From the NCBI GenBank assembly GCA_964655115.1, contig CAZZKM010000002.1:14333-78332 (forward strand): 64,000 bases of DNA, given 5' to 3'. Numbering within the stretch: the stretch's first letter is position 1; every line of letters starts with the position of its first letter. The DNA comes from an uncultured Bifidobacterium sp. Lineage in GTDB: Bacteria; Actinomycetota; Actinomycetes; S36-B12; UBA5976. Under the pieces are notes generated by a model. That model made no database searches and had not been told where the DNA came from. It saw only the letters and a list, made by a program, of their open reading frames with translations. The translations under genes were made by a program, and so were the position numbers. This document shows, in pieces, positions 60,449 through 64,000 of the stretch.

Positions 60449-61255
60449 TTATACTGCTAATTCTTTTTTTATTTGAGCAATTCGGTTAGAAACTGTGCCA
60501 TCGATAACTTCATCACCGATTCGAACAGCTACTCCCCCAATTACTTTCTTATCGACAACTTTTTTAAGTTGGATATCTTGTTTATAAATTGCTTTTAAAG
60601 CACTTACCAATCGTGTTTCTTGATCAGCAGAAAGTGCAATAGCGGTTGTGACTTCTGCTAGAAGTCTTCCTCTTCTATCTGCTGCAAGTTTGGAAAGATC
60701 TTTCAAGGTTGTGGTAATTGATCTTGAATGACGATTACCTAGTGCGTAATTAACTAACTCGATCGAGGTTTGAGTAAAGGTTATGCCAACTAAATCATTG
60801 ATTATTTTTAATCTAGATTCACTGGTGATATTTGGATCCGCAAGCATTAGTTCTAATTCACCACTTGCTGCAATTGCACGCTCGAAGGCAAAAATTTCAT
60901 CTTCGACTCTGTCTAGTTCATTGCTATTTTCACTACCTGCAAAAGCTGCTCTAAAACCACTAGCCTCTAGAGCTTGGATTAAATCTTCGGGATCACTCCA
61001 GCGAAGAGTTACTGCTTGAGCAATTAATTCAATAGCTGATTTTGAACCAATTTGAGTAAGTAAATCTTTTGCAATACCTGATCTTGCTTCATTTGATAAA
61101 CCTGAATCAGTCAAAGTATTTAGAAGAGATTTATTTGTAGCAATTATTTTTGCAGCAACAAGTAAACTTTTTGCATCATTAAAGCTTTGAATTCCTTTAT
61201 TGGAATCAACGGCCTTAATTAATGCAGTGTAAGAATTCTTGCTTGCACCTAACAT
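60449..61255 (-). CDS. atpH: F1 ATP synthase delta subunit (OSCP)
   Basis: 268 aa, between atpF and atpA. OSCP-like C-terminal half (..GGVAVRIGDEVIDGTV..). Confidence 0.9.
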   Translation of the reverse strand: MLGASKNSYTALIKAVDSNKGIQSFNDAKSLLVAAKIIATNKSLLNTLTDSGLSNEARSGIAKDLLTQIGSKSAIELIAQAVTLRWSDPEDLIQALEASGFRAAFAGSENSNELDRVEDEIFAFERAIAASGELELMLADPNITSESRLKIINDLVGITFTQTSIELVNYALGNRHSRSITTTLKDLSKLAADRRGRLLAEVTTAIALSADQETRLVSALKAIYKQDIQLKKVVDKKVIGGVAVRIGDEVIDGTVSNRIAQIKKELAV

Positions 61256-61804
61256 TTATTTACCTTTTACGCCTTCTAGATCTTTGATGAATTGATCTAT
61301 TACCGCTTTAGCTTTTGCATCATCAGACAATGAAGCACCCACGATTTTTTCAGCAAGTCCTAATGCCAAATTGGAAACATCTAAACGCAGTTCATTTACT
61401 GCTTTAGTTTTTTCAACTTCTATTTGAGCATTAGCTTGTTGGGTAACAACTTGAGCTGCTTTTTGTGCTTCATTTCTTGCTTCACTAATCAAAGTGGCTC
61501 GTTCAGATTCAGCACTGGAGCGAATCTTTGCAGCCTCTGATTTTGCTTCGGCAAGATTTTGACGATATTGGCTTAATGTGGTGGCTGCCTCTTGCTGTAG
61601 TTTTTCAGCTTTTGCAATTCCACCTTCAATTGCTTCTGTTCTTGCTTCTAATGTTTTTCTAATATTTGGCAATGCAAATTTAGATAACAAAAAGAAGATA
61701 GTAAAGAAAGCAATTGTGCCAATTACTAGTTCATAAGTTGGTGGCAATAAAACATTGCTACCACCTTCTGCACCCTCTGCTGCGAGGATCCAGTTCATAT
61801 TCAC
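61256..61804 (-). CDS. atpF: Fo ATP synthase subunit b
   Basis: 182 aa. Single N-terminal TM helix, then a long Ala/Glu/Lys-rich helix. Confidence 0.92.
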   Translation of the reverse strand: MNMNWILAAEGAEGGSNVLLPPTYELVIGTIAFFTIFFLLSKFALPNIRKTLEARTEAIEGGIAKAEKLQQEAATTLSQYRQNLAEAKSEAAKIRSSAESERATLISEARNEAQKAAQVVTQQANAQIEVEKTKAVNELRLDVSNLALGLAEKIVGASLSDDAKAKAVIDQFIKDLEGVKGK

Positions 61805-61827
61805 TCTCCGTTTTTCTTGTTGTTAAA

Positions 61828-62107
<280 letters not shown>

Positions 62108-62114
62108 ACCTTTT

Positions 62115-62969
62115 TTAATGCTCCGCGTGCAACGAACTGGAAATAAATACAGCCGTTAGCAACGTGAAGATAAATGCTTGTAAAGCTTGAATAAACATTT
62201 CAAATCCGGTTAAAACTATGGTGACAAAGAAAGAAACTGCTGAACCGAAATAGCCAATTACTGAAACAATTCCCACAAAATTAGAAAGATTTAATAAATA
62301 CCACGCAGAAACTGTAAACACGGTAATAAGTAAGTGTCCCGCAAACATGTTGGCAAACAAACGAATTGCGAGAGTAACAGGTCTAATAATTATTGTTGAC
62401 AATAATTCAATTGGGGTTAGAAGTGGATAAATTCCAATTGGCATGCCTGGTGGAAAAGCTATGTTTTTAAAGTAACCAACCACACCTTGATTCTTCATAC
62501 CTAAGAACATATAAATTAGCCAAACAATTACCGCTAAAACTACGGGAAATGCAAACTTAGAAGTGACTGGAAATTGCGCCACAGGAATTATGGCCATTAC
62601 GTTCATAGTCCAAACAAAAAAGAAAATAGAAGTTAAGAAAGGTACGAAGCGATCACCATCTTTACCCATGATCTCTCGAGCAATGTTGTCTCTAACAAAT
62701 AAATAACCAACTTCAACCACATTTTGTAAACCGGTTGGAACTAATTTTGGTCTGGAAAAAGCTAGTAAGAAAACTACTGAAACAATAACTGTAGAAATTA
62801 ATGCCAAAATAACTGGTTTAGTTATATCGATTGTGGTGATACCTAAATTTAAAGATGTGATTGGTTTCCAAACAAAAATTCCAGCACCTGGTGCTGGGAA
62901 AGGACAAGCAGTATCGCCAAATTTGCAAGTAACTTCAGCTAAAGAAATAAAGTTAGCCAAGAAAATCAC
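62115..62969 (-). CDS. atpB: Fo ATP synthase subunit a
   Basis: 284-aa polytopic protein with the conserved Arg region (..LAIRLFANMFAGH..). GTG start. Confidence 0.95.
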   Translation of the reverse strand: MIFLANFISLAEVTCKFGDTACPFPAPGAGIFVWKPITSLNLGITTIDITKPVILALISTVIVSVVFLLAFSRPKLVPTGLQNVVEVGYLFVRDNIAREIMGKDGDRFVPFLTSIFFFVWTMNVMAIIPVAQFPVTSKFAFPVVLAVIVWLIYMFLGMKNQGVVGYFKNIAFPPGMPIGIYPLLTPIELLSTIIIRPVTLAIRLFANMFAGHLLITVFTVSAWYLLNLSNFVGIVSVIGYFGSAVSFFVTIVLTGFEMFIQALQAFIFTLLTAVFISSSLHAEH

Positions 62970-63004
62970 TAATCTTTTCTGGCAACATTTATTAAAACCT
63001 TTCG

Positions 63005-63226
63005 TTAATTCTTCATATTTAATTGCTTGTAAGTCATATAAAGAGCTAAACCAATTCCAAAAATCGATCCAGCAGCAACAAACATTTCAACTTTGTTAAA
63101 CCACGAACCGATTAACCAACCTAAACCTCCGTAAATTAATATTCCGGAAATTAGACGACCCACAATTGCCCAAGGATCATCTGAGGTTGTTTTGCGGTTT
63201 CGAAAGTTTTTCTGTTCGCTCACCAC
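63005..63226 (-). CDS. AtpZ/AtpI-family small membrane protein
   Basis: 73 aa, two TM helices. ..DPWAIVGRLISGILIYGGLGWLIG.. resembles the AtpZ/AtpI family. Sits immediately upstream of atpB. Confidence 0.7.
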   Translation of the reverse strand: MVSEQKNFRNRKTTSDDPWAIVGRLISGILIYGGLGWLIGSWFNKVEMFVAAGSIFGIGLALYMTYKQLNMKN

Positions 63227-63234
63227 TTAAAAGG

Positions 63235-63660
63235 TTAGCCGTCTTTTAACTTTTTTAAAACTTCAGGGGTAACCGGTTCAATCACAGTTGTTTTATGTTT
63301 TGCCATCACCCAAACCGAGCCAAATGTCCAAGCTAGTGTGCACGCAAGAATTGAGATGCCAAAATATTGTCCATTAAGCCAACTTGCATCTCTTAGTAAC
63401 ATTATTAACACTAGTAACACAATTAATTGAGTTAAATACACCAGCATGGCCACACCAAGTCCTAGTTCAGGCTTGGTCAGAAGCACTCTGCCAATTATGT
63501 ATTGTCCAAAAACAAAAAAAGCCAATGTTAAAAATAAACCACCAAAAGAAGACCATCCTGCTTGTGCATCTGTGAAAAATGCTGATCCAATGGAAAAACC
63601 AATTCCCACAATTGAGGTAGGAATAAAACCTGCGACAATGATTTTTGTTTCAGTCGTCAA
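63235..63660 (-). CDS. Integral membrane protein of the atp-operon leader region (ATP synthase protein I-like position)
   Basis: 141 aa, about 4 TM helices. Lies between wecA and atpB, as Rv1303 does. No sequence motif that I can name. Confidence 0.55.
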   Translation of the reverse strand: MTTETKIIVAGFIPTSIVGIGFSIGSAFFTDAQAGWSSFGGLFLTLAFFVFGQYIIGRVLLTKPELGLGVAMLVYLTQLIVLLVLIMLLRDASWLNGQYFGISILACTLAWTFGSVWVMAKHKTTVIEPVTPEVLKKLKDG

Positions 63661-64000
63661 TTAATTCACCTCCACAACTTTTGGATCTCTTCTTCTTCCA
63701 AAATAAATCAAAGATGACAATCCTGCAATCAAAAACGATAAAGAATATAGAAATGGGATAAATGCTGTGCTTACCGTTGCAAAAGCGAGTAAGGCAGTTC
63801 CAGCATGCATAAGCATCACTGCTCTTCTATGTGAATGACCTCTCTCTAAAAGTCGGTGATGTAAATGCTCCTTATCAGGAGTAAAAATATTTGCACCTCT
63901 TCTAGTTCTTCTTAATACTGCTAAAGCCAAATCAATTAATGGCACTGCAATAACGGCTAGTGGTAGAAGGATAAGTAAAAAGCTAGGTAATACTGAAGTT
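63661..64000 (-). CDS. wecA: MraY/WecA-family glycosyl-1-phosphate transferase, C-terminal part (gene continues beyond the window)
   Basis: The frame stays open to position 64000 (...TSVLPSFLLILLPLAVIAVPLIDLALAVLRR...). The C-terminal ..FTPDKEHLHHRLLERGHSHRRAV.. is the typical WecA/Rfe motif. Synteny matches rfe-atp in mycobacteria. Confidence 0.85.
   Translation of the reverse strand, partial: TSVLPSFLLILLPLAVIAVPLIDLALAVLRRTRRGANIFTPDKEHLHHRLLERGHSHRRAVMLMHAGTALLAFATVSTAFIPFLYSLSFLIAGLSSLIYFGRRRDPKVVEVN

Overview
This 64-kb window is compact, AT-rich chromosome (roughly 40% GC or lower by eye, not computed) from an actinobacterium. The evidence is an HU protein with a Lys/Ala-rich tail, NucS/EndoMS, a SepIVA-like gene, and gene order that follows Mycobacterium tuberculosis Rv2919c-Rv3025c and then Rv1324-Rv1302 as I remember that map. 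A streamlined lineage such as acI/Nanopelagicales or a relative is plausible but unproven. Most genes lie on the minus strand, often with 1-13 nt overlaps. In order, the content is:
- glnK(partial)-amt
- a 5.8-kb accessory block: mgsA, an SGNH hydrolase, two GT4 glycosyltransferases, a HAD-IB phosphatase, a TauE/SafE permease broken by one in-frame TGA, and a cupin
- ftsY-smc-mutM-rnc-rpmF-DUF177-SepIVA-like-coaD-rsmD-recG
- rpmB, thiL, ddl, gpsA, plsC, hupB
- a branched-chain amino acid supercluster (leuCD, cimA, ilvE, leuB, leuA, serA, ilvCNB, ilvD) interleaved with tRNA-Glu, lldD, tRNA-Gln and gltX
- gatCAB, ligA, mnmA, a cysteine desulfurase
- a thioredoxin-TPR gene, nucS, murA, a GAF-like/LuxR regulator, a BldC-like HTH gene
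- the full F1Fo atp operon and the 3' end of wecA/rfe

I saw no CRISPR array, transposase, integrase, phage gene or recognisable defence or toxin-antitoxin genes.

The strongest non-coding signal is a set of three short leader ORFs, none of them in the ORF track. Each carries a run of the amino acid made by the downstream genes: MTYQIIIR before cimA, MIRCLLLHSRSEA before leuA, and MRNALVVVSERVG before ilvBNC. Each is followed by GC-rich alternative hairpins, with clear terminators before cimA and ilvB. I am not aware of a described Ile-codon attenuator on cimA, and it may also gate gltX and tRNA-Gln.

All coordinates, translations and pairings were read by eye. No folding energies or database searches were run.
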